The notes under the pieces: generated by a model
Database searches by the model: none
Seen by the model: the letters and a program-made list of their open reading frames with translations, nothing else
What the model was told of the DNA's origin: nothing
Origin: Spirulina sp.
Lineage (GTDB): Bacteria; Cyanobacteriota; Cyanobacteriia; Phormidesmidales; Phormidesmidaceae
DNA: 64,000 bases
Direction of reading: 5' to 3'
NCBI GenBank assembly: GCA_044070495.1
Contig: JBIPSI010000004.1
Location: 32,001-96,000 of the forward strand
Shown here: in pieces, positions 1 through 10,166 of the stretch
Numbering within the stretch: position 1 is the stretch's first letter
How the letters are laid out: every line of letters begins with the position of its first letter
Made by a program: the position numbers and the translations under genes

Positions 1-2
1 CC

Positions 3-539
3 CAACGGGACGCCCTCGCCACCGGAATTTGGGTGGATATGGGCACCGGCAGCGGAGCCATCGCCCTTGGGTTAGCCGATGCCTTCCCCCAGGCCCAAAT
101 TCTCGCTGTGGATCAAAGCATCGATGCCCTCGCCATCGCCCAAGAAAACATCCAGCGTTACAGCCTCACCGACCGCATTACCCTGTGCCACGGGTCTTGG
201 TTTCAGCCCTTGGCGGCCTATCGAGGCAAGCTCAGTGCCGTGGTCTCCAACCCGCCTTACATTCCCTCTGGCGTGTTGCCAACCCTTCAGACCGAAGTGA
301 TTGATCACGAACCCACCACCGCCCTCGATGGCGGCCCCGATGGCCTCGATGATCTGCGTATCCTCGCCACCCAAGCCCCGGATTACCTGATTGCTGGCGG
401 GCTGTGGCTGGCGGAAATGATGGCGGGGCAGGGCCAAGCCGTCACAGACTTACTCACCCAAGTGGGAGACTACCAAGACCTTCAGGTGATCGAAGACCTG
501 GCTGGACGGGATCGGTTTACCTTGGCGTTTCGTCGGTGA
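3..539 (+). CDS. prmC: Release factor glutamine methyltransferase PrmC/HemK (5' truncated by window edge)
   Basis: SAM motif DMGTGSGAIA, NPPY motif (VSNPPYI), EPxxALDGGxDGLD, C-terminal DLAGRDR; frame open from window start. Confidence 0.93.
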   Translation, partial: QRDALATGIWVDMGTGSGAIALGLADAFPQAQILAVDQSIDALAIAQENIQRYSLTDRITLCHGSWFQPLAAYRGKLSAVVSNPPYIPSGVLPTLQTEVIDHEPTTALDGGPDGLDDLRILATQAPDYLIAGGLWLAEMMAGQGQAVTDLLTQVGDYQDLQVIEDLAGRDRFTLAFRR

Positions 540-730
540 CGGAGATCCCCTGTCACCCCAGATCCCAGGGTTCTGCGATGGGTCACACCGATGGCTCTGT
601 GTCAGCCGTGAGAACCCTGGGATCTAGCCCTCACACGGAGATCCCCTGTCACCCTAGATCCCAGGGTTCTGCTATGGGTCACACCGATGGCCTTGCATTA
701 GCCGCTAGAACCCTGGGATCTGGCCCTCAC
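539..730. repeat. Two tandem 96-bp units, each carrying a perfect 15-bp inverted repeat
   Basis: Units 539-634 and 635-730; arms AGATCCCAGGGTTCT (560-574, 656-670) and AGAACCCTGGGATCT (611-625, 707-721). Confidence 0.9.
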
Positions 731-875
731 CCGAATCTGGCCCCTTTCCCTCTCCCCTGCGCCCCAAAACCCTCGGAACTGGGCACAATGCTATCCTAGA
801 CGGGACTTGCTGCATGGGTTTTGCGGGGCAACCGTTGGGGATCATCTCTAACTAGGTTCGCCGCTAAAGAGAGTT

Positions 876-2846
876 ATGGACAACGCCTTCGAGCTAACGC
901 TGCAAATGGTGCTGACGGTTTTAGCCGGGGTGACTGCTCAGGTGGTGGGCGAGTTTGCGCGGGTGCCCAGCATCATTTTTTTGCTGATCTTTGGCATTGG
1001 CCTAGGGCCGGATGGGCTGGGGCTGATTCATCCCCAATCTTTGGGGGTGGGGCTGGAGGTGATGGTCTCCCTCAGTGTGGCGCTAATTTTGTTTGAGGGC
1101 GGCCTCAGTCTGGAGCTGAGCGAGTTGGGTCAGGTGTCTAGCAGCTTGCGGAATCTGGTTACCATTGGCGTGTTTGTCACCCTGATTGGCGGCGGCGTGG
1201 CGGCCCACTGGCTGGGGGAATTTCCCTGGTCGCTGGCCTTTCTCTATGCCTCCCTGGTGGTGGTGACTGGCCCCACGGTGATTACCCCCCTGCTGCGTCA
1301 GGTACAGGTGGATCGCAAGGTCTCCACCCTGCTGGAGGGAGAGGGGGTGCTGATCGACCCAGTGGGGGCGGTGCTGGCCGTGGTGGTGCTGGGCATCATC
1401 CTCAATGGCGACGCCAACCCAGGGGCGGTAGTCGGTGGTCTGACCCTGCGCCTGGGCATTGGTACAGTGATTGGGGCCATCGGCGGCGGGCTGATCGGCT
1501 GGTTCCTGAAGCGGGCCAGTTTTGTGAGTGACGACCTGCGGAACCTGGTGGTGCTGGCGGGGCTGTGGGGCATTTTTGGCCTCGCCCAAACGGTTCGCAG
1601 TGAATCGGGTCTGATGGCGACGGTGGTGGCGGGGCTGGTGGTGCGTGCCCTCTCGGTGCCCGACGAACGGCTGCTACGGCGCTTTAAGGGCCAGCTTACG
1701 GTGCTGGCGGTGTCGGTGCTGTTCATTCTGCTGGCGGCGGATCTCTCCATTGCCAGTGTGTTTGCCCTGGGCTGGGGGGCGGTGGGCACGGTGCTGGTGT
1801 TGATGCTGCTGGTGCGGCCCGTCAGTATTTGGCTCTGCACCCAGTCCAGCGATATGAACTGGCGGCAAAAGATCTTTCTCGGCTGGATTGCCCCCCGTGG
1901 CATTGTGTCGGCCTCGGTGGCCTCGCTGTTTGCCATTTTGCTGACGGAAAAGGGGATTAGCGGCGGCGATGCCATTAAGGCCCTAGTCTTTCTCACCATT
2001 ATTATGACGGTGCTGGTGCAGGGGTTGACCGCCCGCTGGGTGGCCCGCTGGCTGGGCATCGCCAAAACCGAGGCGGTGGGGGCCGTGGTGGTGGGCTGCA
2101 ATCCCCTCAGTTTGCTGATCGCCCGCCTAATCCAAGATTATGGCGACCCCGTGGTGCTGATCGACACCAACGACACCGCCCAGGATGAAGCCGCCAAGGA
2201 GGGCATTCAAGTGTTAACCAGCAGCGCCCTCGACCACGATGTGTTGGAGCAGGCTGGACTGAGCCGAGTCGGCACGTTCCTGGCCATCACCAAAAACGGC
2301 GAGGTGAATGCCGTGGTGGCCCAACGCGCCCTAGAGGAATTTCAGCCCCCCAGGGTGATCGCCGTGATGCCCAAGGACAAAGACCTGGGCGACCTGCCCA
2401 ACCAAGGCAAGCTGAAGGAGGCCCAAACCCCCAGCCTCTCTTTGAAAAAGTGGAACCGCTACATTACCGATGGCGAAGTGCGCCTGGGGGAAACTCGCCT
2501 GCGCTCCGACGCCACCGAACTGCAACAGGCTCACCTAGCGGCTCTAGTGCGCGGCGGCGAAATGATTCCCCTGCTGGTAGAACGGGACGGTAGCCTCCAG
2601 ATCGCCCTCGGCCAAGACGCCTGGAAGGTGGGGGATCGCCTCATCTACTTGCTCCACGACGCCACCCCCAAACTGCTCAAACGCCTGGGGGGCGGCACCC
2701 AACCCACCAAACTTACCCCCGAACCCCTGCCCACCGTGGAGGATGTGCCCCTTGCTCCACCGCCGCCCGTAACCGAATCCCTCCCTACCCTGCCCCTCCC
2801 CGATCCCCTCAATGGCGGGAATTCACAGGATTCATCCTTGGGTTAA
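876..2846 (+). CDS. CPA1/NhaP-type cation:proton antiporter with C-terminal TrkA-N (RCK) domain
   Basis: About 12 TM segments, VVTGPTVI, LEGEGVLIDP, WIAPRGIV motifs; VVVGCNP...LIDTN Rossmann-like tail. Confidence 0.9.
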   Translation: MDNAFELTLQMVLTVLAGVTAQVVGEFARVPSIIFLLIFGIGLGPDGLGLIHPQSLGVGLEVMVSLSVALILFEGGLSLELSELGQVSSSLRNLVTIGVFVTLIGGGVAAHWLGEFPWSLAFLYASLVVVTGPTVITPLLRQVQVDRKVSTLLEGEGVLIDPVGAVLAVVVLGIILNGDANPGAVVGGLTLRLGIGTVIGAIGGGLIGWFLKRASFVSDDLRNLVVLAGLWGIFGLAQTVRSESGLMATVVAGLVVRALSVPDERLLRRFKGQLTVLAVSVLFILLAADLSIASVFALGWGAVGTVLVLMLLVRPVSIWLCTQSSDMNWRQKIFLGWIAPRGIVSASVASLFAILLTEKGISGGDAIKALVFLTIIMTVLVQGLTARWVARWLGIAKTEAVGAVVVGCNPLSLLIARLIQDYGDPVVLIDTNDTAQDEAAKEGIQVLTSSALDHDVLEQAGLSRVGTFLAITKNGEVNAVVAQRALEEFQPPRVIAVMPKDKDLGDLPNQGKLKEAQTPSLSLKKWNRYITDGEVRLGETRLRSDATELQQAHLAALVRGGEMIPLLVERDGSLQIALGQDAWKVGDRLIYLLHDATPKLLKRLGGGTQPTKLTPEPLPTVEDVPLAPPPPVTESLPTLPLPDPLNGGNSQDSSLG

Positions 2847-2925
2847 CTTTCCAACAGGTCAATCACACAGTCCCTCGGAAGGGGGAACATTAGGGAAACC
2901 ATCTACTCCCTGACTTGGTTTCGCT

Positions 2926-5727
2926 ATGACCCATGACCCCCCTCCAACCTCCCCTACGCCACAGTTGCCTTGGCATTTGTGGATTGTTTTGCTCTGCGGG
3001 ACATTGAGTTTAGGGATCGGTGTGGTGGTGGCATGGCCTCTCAAATGGGGCGATAACCTAGGCACGCAACTGCCGGGATTGTCCAAGGAGGTCAGCGCCC
3101 TGCTGGATCCGGTGGCCAATGTCATTTTGTTGCAGGGCGTTTTGCTAGCGGTGCTGGTGGCGGGGCTGTTGCGGGTGGATCAACGGCTGCGGGCTAATGC
3201 TAGGACGATCAAACACCTCAGCGACCAACAGGCTGCCACCGCCTCGGCCCTAGAATCTATCCTAGAATCCACCGCCGATGGCATTTTAGTGCTCGATCAG
3301 ACCATGCATCTGACCCACTGGAACCAGCGCTTCCTCAAGATGTGGAGCATTCCTGCGGCATTGGCAGAGGAGGTGCGTAGCGGTAGTGGAATCCCCAATT
3401 TCTATCCCGTTGTGCTCGATCAACTTCAGGATCCCGACCAGTTCCGTCGGGCCACCGAGGCGATGATGGCGGCGATGGACAAAAAGACGATGGATGTCAT
3501 CACCCTCAAGGACGGGCGGATTTTTGAACGCCATGCCCGCCCCCAGTGGCAAGGGAAGCAGGCGGTGGCCAAGGTACTCAGCTATCGGGATGTAACGGAA
3601 CGCTACCGGGCCGAAGCCGTCCTGCGAGACAGTGAGGAGCGCTATCGATCCCTAGTGTCGGCCCTGGCGGAGGGGATTGTGTTGCAGGATGCCGAGGGGG
3701 TGGTGCAGGCCAGCAACGACCGAGCCGAGGAGATCCTGGGCCTCAGCATGGAGCAATTGCAAGGGCGCACCTCGTCAGATCCGCGCTGGCGCAGCATCCA
3801 CGAAGACGGCACCCCCTTTGCCGGAGAAGATCATCCCGCCATGGTGGCCCTTCGCACCGGGGAACCCTGCCGCCATGTGGTGATGGGCGTCCACAAACCC
3901 AGCGGCGAACTCACCTGGATTTCCATCAATTCTCAGCCGATGACCCGTCCTGGGGAGGAAAAGCCCTACGCCGTGGTCACTTCCTTTGCCGATATCACCG
4001 ACCGCAAGCACGTGGAAGAGATGCTCTTCTACGAAAAAGAACTGGCCCAGGTGACGCTGCACTCCATCGGCGATGCGGTGGTAACGACGGATGTGGCGGG
4101 GCGGGTGCAGTTTATCAACCCGGTGACGGAAAGCCTGACCGGATGGAGCTTGGCGGAGGCCCTAGGCCGACCGATCTCTGAGATCATTCGCCTGCTGAAC
4201 GAGGAGACCCGCGAATCCGTCGAAAATCCGGTTTTCCAAGCTTTGCGGGAAAGTACCATCGTTGAATTGGCGACGGACACCGTGCTTCTGTCCCGCGATG
4301 GCCGCGAAATCGCCATTGATGACTCCGCTGGCCCGATTCGGGATCGCAAAGGGCGCACCGTGGGGGCGGTGATGGTGTTCCACGATGTCACCCAGGCACG
4401 GCAGCTCACCCGTCAGGTCTTTTGGCAGGCCATGCACGACCCCCTCACTGGCTTGGTCAACCGTCGCGCCTTCGAGCACCGCCTAGAGCAGGCCATCCAC
4501 AACGCCCAGATTTATAACGATGGCCATGTGCTCTGCTACCTCGACCTCGACAAGTTCAAAATTGTCAACGATACCTGTGGACACAAAGTGGGGGATGAAT
4601 TGCTGCGCCAAATCACCGCCCTGCTGCAAACCCACATCCGCAAAACCGACACTCTAGCCCGCCTAGGGGGCGACGAATTTGGCCTCTTGCTGAACCAGTG
4701 TGAGCTAGACCAGGGGCTAAAGGTGGCGGACATTGTGCGAGAAACGGTGCAGGATTTTCGCTTCACCTGGGATAACCACCTCTTTACCATCGGCGTCAGC
4801 ATTGGCGTGGTGCCCATCACGGCCCAGGTGCGCGATCTAGAAACGCTGTTGGTCTCTGCCGATGCCGCCTGCTATGCCGCCAAAAACGGGGGCCGCAATC
4901 GGGTGCATCTCTTCCAAGCCGATGACGATGACCTGGTGCAACAACAGGGGGATATTCGCTGGGCCAACCGCATCACCTCTGCCCTAGAGCACCAGCAGTT
5001 TTGTCTGTTTGTACAGACCATCCAACCCACCCAGCGCCAGCCCCACCAGCTCGACCATGCCGAGGTGCTGATTCGCCTGATGGAGGACGATGGTACCCTG
5101 ATTCCGCCCATGGCCTTTATTCCCGCCGCCGAGCGCTACGGCATGATTGGGGCCATTGACCGCTGGGTGGTGAGCACCCTATTCCAAAACTGGGATCAGG
5201 TGCAGCCCGCCGCCGACCAGCCCCCCATGCAGTACGCCATTAATCTTTCGGCCAGTAGCCTCACAGACGACCGCATGATCGATTTTCTCCAGCAGCAGTT
5301 CATCGATTATCGAGTGCCGCCCCATCTCATCTGCTTTGAAATTACCGAAACAGCGGCGGTCGCCAACCTCGCCAAGGCCAGCCAATTCATTCAGCAGTTG
5401 CGGAAATTGGGCTGCCACTTTGCCCTCGACGACTTCGGTAGCGGCATGTCCTCCTTCACTTATCTCAAACACCTGCCCGTGGACTACCTCAAAATTGACG
5501 GCAGCTTCGTCAAAGACATGGTGGACGACCCCATCGACAGCGCCATGGTGGAAGCCATCAGCCGCATTAGCCAGGTGATGGGTCTTAAAACCGTGGCAGA
5601 ATACGTGGAAAACGATGCCATTCTCCAATGCCTGGAGGCTCTGGGGGTAGACTTTGCCCAGGGCTTTGGGATCGCCAAACCCATCCCCCTACTTGGCCCC
5701 TGTGTGTTATCCCCCCCACGGGGCTAA
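2926..5727 (+). CDS. Membrane-anchored PAS x3-GGDEF-EAL diguanylate cyclase/phosphodiesterase
   Basis: Two N-terminal TM helices; three PAS/PAC units ending DVT/DIT; HDPLTGLVNR, RKTD I-site, GGDEF; EVL, FEITET, DDFGSG, KIDGSFV, VAEYVE, QGF. Confidence 0.95.
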   Translation: MTHDPPPTSPTPQLPWHLWIVLLCGTLSLGIGVVVAWPLKWGDNLGTQLPGLSKEVSALLDPVANVILLQGVLLAVLVAGLLRVDQRLRANARTIKHLSDQQAATASALESILESTADGILVLDQTMHLTHWNQRFLKMWSIPAALAEEVRSGSGIPNFYPVVLDQLQDPDQFRRATEAMMAAMDKKTMDVITLKDGRIFERHARPQWQGKQAVAKVLSYRDVTERYRAEAVLRDSEERYRSLVSALAEGIVLQDAEGVVQASNDRAEEILGLSMEQLQGRTSSDPRWRSIHEDGTPFAGEDHPAMVALRTGEPCRHVVMGVHKPSGELTWISINSQPMTRPGEEKPYAVVTSFADITDRKHVEEMLFYEKELAQVTLHSIGDAVVTTDVAGRVQFINPVTESLTGWSLAEALGRPISEIIRLLNEETRESVENPVFQALRESTIVELATDTVLLSRDGREIAIDDSAGPIRDRKGRTVGAVMVFHDVTQARQLTRQVFWQAMHDPLTGLVNRRAFEHRLEQAIHNAQIYNDGHVLCYLDLDKFKIVNDTCGHKVGDELLRQITALLQTHIRKTDTLARLGGDEFGLLLNQCELDQGLKVADIVRETVQDFRFTWDNHLFTIGVSIGVVPITAQVRDLETLLVSADAACYAAKNGGRNRVHLFQADDDDLVQQQGDIRWANRITSALEHQQFCLFVQTIQPTQRQPHQLDHAEVLIRLMEDDGTLIPPMAFIPAAERYGMIGAIDRWVVSTLFQNWDQVQPAADQPPMQYAINLSASSLTDDRMIDFLQQQFIDYRVPPHLICFEITETAAVANLAKASQFIQQLRKLGCHFALDDFGSGMSSFTYLKHLPVDYLKIDGSFVKDMVDDPIDSAMVEAISRISQVMGLKTVAEYVENDAILQCLEALGVDFAQGFGIAKPIPLLGPCVLSPPRG

Positions 5728-5840
5728 GGTAATTCCTGGCATCGCAGGATTTCAGCGGCGGCGAATCTCGCCAAGGCGGACGATCCACATTAAGATACTC
5801 AAAGACACCCCAAACTAGCCGCTAATCCTTGGTTTGACCT

Positions 5841-7025
5841 ATGTCAATTATTGAAACTAAGACCGAACCCATGGTGATCAACCTGGGGCCACACCATCCC
5901 TCCATGCACGGGGTGTTGCGCCTGATTGTCACCCTGGATGGCGAAGATGTGCTCGACTGCGAGCCGGTGATTGGCTACCTGCACCGAGGTATGGAGAAAA
6001 TCGCCGAAAGCCGCACGAACGTAATGTTTGTGCCCTACGTCAGCCGTTGGGACTATGCGGCGGGGATGTTTAACGAGGCGATCACCGTCAACGCGCCGGA
6101 GAAGCTGGCGGACATTGAAGTGCCGAAGCGGGCCAGCTACATCCGGGTGATCATGCTGGAGCTAAACCGCATCGCCAACCACCTGCTCTGGCTTGGCCCC
6201 TTTTTGGCCGACGTGGGTGCCCAAACCCCCTTCTTCTATATCTTCCGCGAACGGGAAATGATCTACGACCTGTGGGAAGCGGCCACGGGGATGCGCCTGA
6301 TCAACAACAACTATTTCCGCATTGGCGGCGTGGCGGCGGATTTGCCCTACGGCTGGATCGATAAGTGCCTAGACTTCTGCGACTACTTCCTGCCCAAGGT
6401 AGACGAGTACGAAAAACTGATCACCAACAACCCCATCTTCCGCCGCCGCATCGAGGGCATCGGCACGATCACGCGGGATGAAGCCATTGCCTGGGGGCTG
6501 TCTGGCCCCATGCTGCGCGGTTCTGGCGTCAAGTGGGATCTGCGGAAGGTAGACCACTACGAATGCTACGACGAACTCGACTGGGACATCCACTACGAAA
6601 CCGCTGGCGACTGCATGGCCCGCTACCAGGTGCGGGTGCGGGAAATGCGCGAATCGGTGAAGATCATTCGCCAAGCCTGTAAGCAAATTCCCGGTGGCCC
6701 CTTCGAGAACCTAGAGGCCAAGCGCATCGCCGAAGGCCCCAAATCCGAATGGAACGGCTTCGACTACCAGTTCATCGGCAAGAAAATTGCCCCCACCTTC
6801 AAAATTCCCGCTGGCGAACACTACGTCCGCCTAGAAAGCGGCAAGGGCGAACTGGGCGTGTTCATCATGGGCGACGACAACGTCTTCCCCTGGCGATTCA
6901 AAATCCGCGCCGCCGACTTCAACAACCTGCAAATTCTGCCCCACCTGCTGAAGGGCGTAAAGGTGGCCGACATCATGGCCATCCTCGGCAGCATCGATGT
7001 CATCATGGGGTCGGTAGATCGCTAG
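5841..7025 (+). CDS. ndhH: NAD(P)H-quinone oxidoreductase subunit H
   Basis: [25 protein letters not shown]-terminal DVIMGSVDR; 394 aa. Confidence 0.98.
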   Translation: MSIIETKTEPMVINLGPHHPSMHGVLRLIVTLDGEDVLDCEPVIGYLHRGMEKIAESRTNVMFVPYVSRWDYAAGMFNEAITVNAPEKLADIEVPKRASYIRVIMLELNRIANHLLWLGPFLADVGAQTPFFYIFREREMIYDLWEAATGMRLINNNYFRIGGVAADLPYGWIDKCLDFCDYFLPKVDEYEKLITNNPIFRRRIEGIGTITRDEAIAWGLSGPMLRGSGVKWDLRKVDHYECYDELDWDIHYETAGDCMARYQVRVREMRESVKIIRQACKQIPGGPFENLEAKRIAEGPKSEWNGFDYQFIGKKIAPTFKIPAGEHYVRLESGKGELGVFIMGDDNVFPWRFKIRAADFNNLQILPHLLKGVKVADIMAILGSIDVIMGSVDR

Positions 7026-7055
7026 GGTGCCCCAGCCTGAATGGCCCTGATCATA

Positions 7056-7086
7056 AAACCCCAGGGTTCTTACCACCCTGGGGTTT
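7056..7086. terminator. Hairpin between convergent ndhH and DUF6464 gene; probable bidirectional terminator
   Basis: 12-bp stem AAACCCCAGGGT/ACCCTGGGGTTT. Confidence 0.6.
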
Positions 7087-7222
7087 GCTTTGGTTTATCC
7101 ATAACGGTACAGAAATCGCGGTGTACCCCCCGTCATTTCCGTGACCATGGCGATCCATGCACTCCCATTGTCTAGGCCGCTGGGTTAACTCCAATGGGTC
7201 GGATTATTGCCCATCCGCCGGA

Positions 7223-7534
7223 TCAAAACTGCCGATCAAACACCTTGGGGGCATAGGCGCTACAGCCATCACAAGGCCCCATGGGGTTCATCGCACAGCG
7301 CAGGTAAGGGGAACGGGCATTGAGGTCGCAGGTGATGTCGCCAATCATATAGCCCATGCCATCGACGTAGTGCAGGTCGTCATTGCCCTCCACTAACCGA
7401 GAAAGACCGCTACGCAGAGAGCCATCGCCCATGGCATCGTAGCCCTTTTCAGCGCGATCCTCGCGGACACTGAGGTAGGCCGAAATACAGGCAGGCGCAA
7501 GACCCACAACGAAAATGAGGACGATGATCAGCAT
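7223..7534 (-). CDS. Small cyanobacterial membrane protein with Cys cluster (DUF6464-like)
   Basis: N-terminal TM helix; IGDITCxxNARSPYLRCAxNPxGPCxxC signature. Confidence 0.8.
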   Translation of the reverse strand: MLIIVLIFVVGLAPACISAYLSVREDRAEKGYDAMGDGSLRSGLSRLVEGNDDLHYVDGMGYMIGDITCDLNARSPYLRCAMNPMGPCDGCSAYAPKVFDRQF

Positions 7535-7746
7535 GGATGGCGATAAGAAATTGGCAAAATTATCCTAACCTGCTCCATAGACCTCCTTGTTTTTCTCCCC
7601 AGAGATTGGTACGTTGCGTTGCGTTCCTTATTGATCTGTAACGTAGCGCACGATCCTTTAAGGGCAGGTAGCCTTTAAAAGCAGGGCAGGGCTGAGCAAC
7701 GGGTCAGCGGCGTTTTGTAGGCAGTGAGATAAGTGAGATACAGTCC

Positions 7747-8982
7747 ATGGTGAGGCCAGTAGAAACCATTCGTCGAGATATCGAGCGGCTGACAGAGGCA
7801 ACGGACACTCTGGCGGCTGAGTTTCGTCGTCTGTACCAGGGCTACCTCGACAGCCTGGGGATAGCGGTGCGTCGCCAGGTGGTGATGGCCACCTATCACC
7901 TCTGTACCCAGGTCTATCCTGAAGGCTTCCTGACCCTCTCCGTGTCCCAACGGGAACACCTTCAGCGGGATGTGCGCCGCCTGGGGCAATCGGGGCAAAC
8001 CCAGCTAGGCCAACTGCTAGAATCCGCCGTGCGCCGCTCCTACCCAGACCCCGCCACCGATGGCCAATCTGGCTCCTCCCCAGCCTTTCTCAGCTTAACG
8101 GGCACCCCCAACTCAGCCCTGCGGTTTTTGCCGGGAGAGATGGAAGCCGAGGGGATCTCGCCAGCATCAGAGGTTGCCGCCGCCCCCGATACGTCTGAGA
8201 TGTTACCTTCTGAGATATCTCCTGCTGAGGTGGACACCCCTGAGATGGATGCCCCTGAGATGGATGCCCTAGGCCGATCTGAGAACTTTGAGGACTCTGG
8301 GGACTCTGGGGACTCTGATAACTCTGAGGACTCTGGCGAAGAGGGCCGATCCGACCTACCGCTACCCGATCTGCTCAAATCCATGGTGTTGGAAGCCTTG
8401 GCGGAGGAACAGGCAGAAATCTTTGGCCAACCGCTGTTCACGGGTGAAGCCATGACCCCGACCCGTTTGGCCAAGCAGCATATTTTCCTAGAGCAGCAAA
8501 TACGCGACACCCTCCAACACCTGTCTAAGCAGGTGAACCAGCGCCTCCAGGAAGCCCAGGTGATTCCCAACCTACCGGAGGCGGTGCTGGACGCGGCTTC
8601 GGAAACGGAAATGGGGCCGATGCGGGGTCGCGCCGTGCCGAACGTGTTGAGTGTGATTGTAGCCATGGCCAGCGCCATGGACGACGCCCTGGAGGAGGAG
8701 GATCTGGAGTCGGATTCCCTAGGGGATGACCCAGACGAGGATGAATTGGAGGACGAGGATGAGGATTCCAGGGATCGTCTGATGACCCACCTGGCTGCCG
8801 TTCACCTGCGCTTGACGGACTTAGAATTTGGCGATGTGCAAGCCTCAATGTGGCGGAGCAAGCTCCACAACGCCCTGGGGCATCTGCGTAAGATCGGCAA
8901 ACAATACCAAAAGGTGCAGCGGGAAATGGCCATTGCCGAGGCAGAACAAGCCTGGCGCGCCGTTTGGTATGACGAGACCTAA
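7747..8982 (+). CDS. Conserved cyanobacterial hypothetical protein with acidic low-complexity inserts
   Basis: Helical N-terminus (YHLCTQxYPExFL), C-terminus (AEAEQAWRAVW), host-like codon use; directly upstream of vipp1. Confidence 0.8.
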   Translation: MVRPVETIRRDIERLTEATDTLAAEFRRLYQGYLDSLGIAVRRQVVMATYHLCTQVYPEGFLTLSVSQREHLQRDVRRLGQSGQTQLGQLLESAVRRSYPDPATDGQSGSSPAFLSLTGTPNSALRFLPGEMEAEGISPASEVAAAPDTSEMLPSEISPAEVDTPEMDAPEMDALGRSENFEDSGDSGDSDNSEDSGEEGRSDLPLPDLLKSMVLEALAEEQAEIFGQPLFTGEAMTPTRLAKQHIFLEQQIRDTLQHLSKQVNQRLQEAQVIPNLPEAVLDAASETEMGPMRGRAVPNVLSVIVAMASAMDDALEEEDLESDSLGDDPDEDELEDEDEDSRDRLMTHLAAVHLRLTDLEFGDVQASMWRSKLHNALGHLRKIGKQYQKVQREMAIAEAEQAWRAVWYDET

Positions 8983-9056
8983 CCCGGTCGATCCGGATCA
9001 CTTTGGGTAAACTAAGTACAGACATTGCGATACACCGTTTAAGGAAGCAGGACATC

Positions 9057-9827
9057 ATGGGCTTATTTGATCGGGTTAGCCGAGTGGTTCGCTCTAACCT
9101 CAATGCCGCCGTTAGCTCAGCGGAGGATCCTGAGAAAATCCTCGATCAGGCCATCATTGACATGCAGGAAGATCTGGTGCAGATGCGTCAGGCGGTGGCC
9201 ACGGCCATTGCTAGCCAAAAGCGCGTCCAGCAGCAGTACGACAAGGCCAACAGCGAGGCCAACACCTGGCAACAGCGTGCTCAACTGGCCCTGCAAAAGG
9301 GTGATGAGGAACTGGCCCGTCAAGCCCTGGTGCGTAAAAAGACCCAGGCCGAAACCGCCGCCGCCCTCAAGGCCCAATTGGATTCCCAAAGCACCACGGT
9401 GGATCAGCTCAAGCGCAACCTGATTGGCCTGGAGAGCAAACTCGCCGAAGCCAAGACCAAGAAGGACATGCTCAAGGCGCGGGCCAGCGCCGCCAAGGCC
9501 AACGAGCAATTGCAAAGCACCACCAGCAGCCTCAGTACCAGCAGCGCCATGGCCGCCTTTGAGCGCATGGAGGAAAAAGTGCTGCAAATGGAAGCTAAGT
9601 CCCAGGCCGTGGCAGAACTGGCCGGATCTGATCTGGAAAGCCAGTTTGTCGCCCTCGAAGCCGGGGGTGACGTGGATCTAGAGCTCGCCGCCATGAAATC
9701 CCAACTCTCTGGGGGCACCGTAGACCAAGGCCAACTCCCCGCCGGAGAAGCTGCCGCCGCCGCCCCCCAGAACGCCGAAGTGGATGCTGAACTGGAAGAA
9801 CTACGCTCCCAGATTGACAACATCTAA
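9057..9827 (+). CDS. vipp1: PspA/IM30 family protein Vipp1
   Basis: MGLFDRVSRVVRSNLN, AEDPEKIL, AFERMEEKV, C-terminal extension VDAELEELR; ATG at 9057 preferred over 9003. Confidence 0.93.
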   Translation: MGLFDRVSRVVRSNLNAAVSSAEDPEKILDQAIIDMQEDLVQMRQAVATAIASQKRVQQQYDKANSEANTWQQRAQLALQKGDEELARQALVRKKTQAETAAALKAQLDSQSTTVDQLKRNLIGLESKLAEAKTKKDMLKARASAAKANEQLQSTTSSLSTSSAMAAFERMEEKVLQMEAKSQAVAELAGSDLESQFVALEAGGDVDLELAAMKSQLSGGTVDQGQLPAGEAAAAAPQNAEVDAELEELRSQIDNI

Positions 9828-9869
9828 ACCCCCATCCGCACCCCCAACTCCCACCCCGTTCAACCACAG

Positions 9870-10004
9870 GTAGGGTGAGGTTTCCTCGCCAATGGGGATG
9901 TCTCGCCCACGGGGTCTCCTCACCCACCAGGTCTCGACACCTAGTGGACTGGCAGAACTGGCTAGAACCGAGATCGGTTAGAGGGTCAGGAGACCTGCCC
10001 CCTA
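9870..10004. repeat. Inverted pair of GTAG-type REP-like palindromes (family A)
   Basis: GTAGGGTGAGGTTTCCTCGCC (9870-9890, +) and GGGTCAGGAGACCTGCCCCCTA (9983-10004, -); related copies at 34819 and 44036. Confidence 0.6.
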
Positions 10005-10166
10005 AGGGATCCCAAGGCTAGAGGGGGCAGGTTGTCGCGCCCGGTGCAGAATCTTTTTGCCGATCCCGAAAACAGCCCAGCGAGTTGATCGCCGTTTTGA
10101 ACAATGCTCCTAGGCAAGGGCCCGTCAAGGTTTTAATATCTATTCGTTCCCCATCCTCCCCCCGCC

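Noticed and set aside
539..730. CRISPR array
   Set aside because: Only two 96-bp units; the short arms alternate in orientation, the intervening sequences are mostly shared, and there are no cas genes
404..799. 131-aa ORF with internal repeat
   Set aside because: Overlaps prmC out of frame and merely translates the 96-bp DNA repeat
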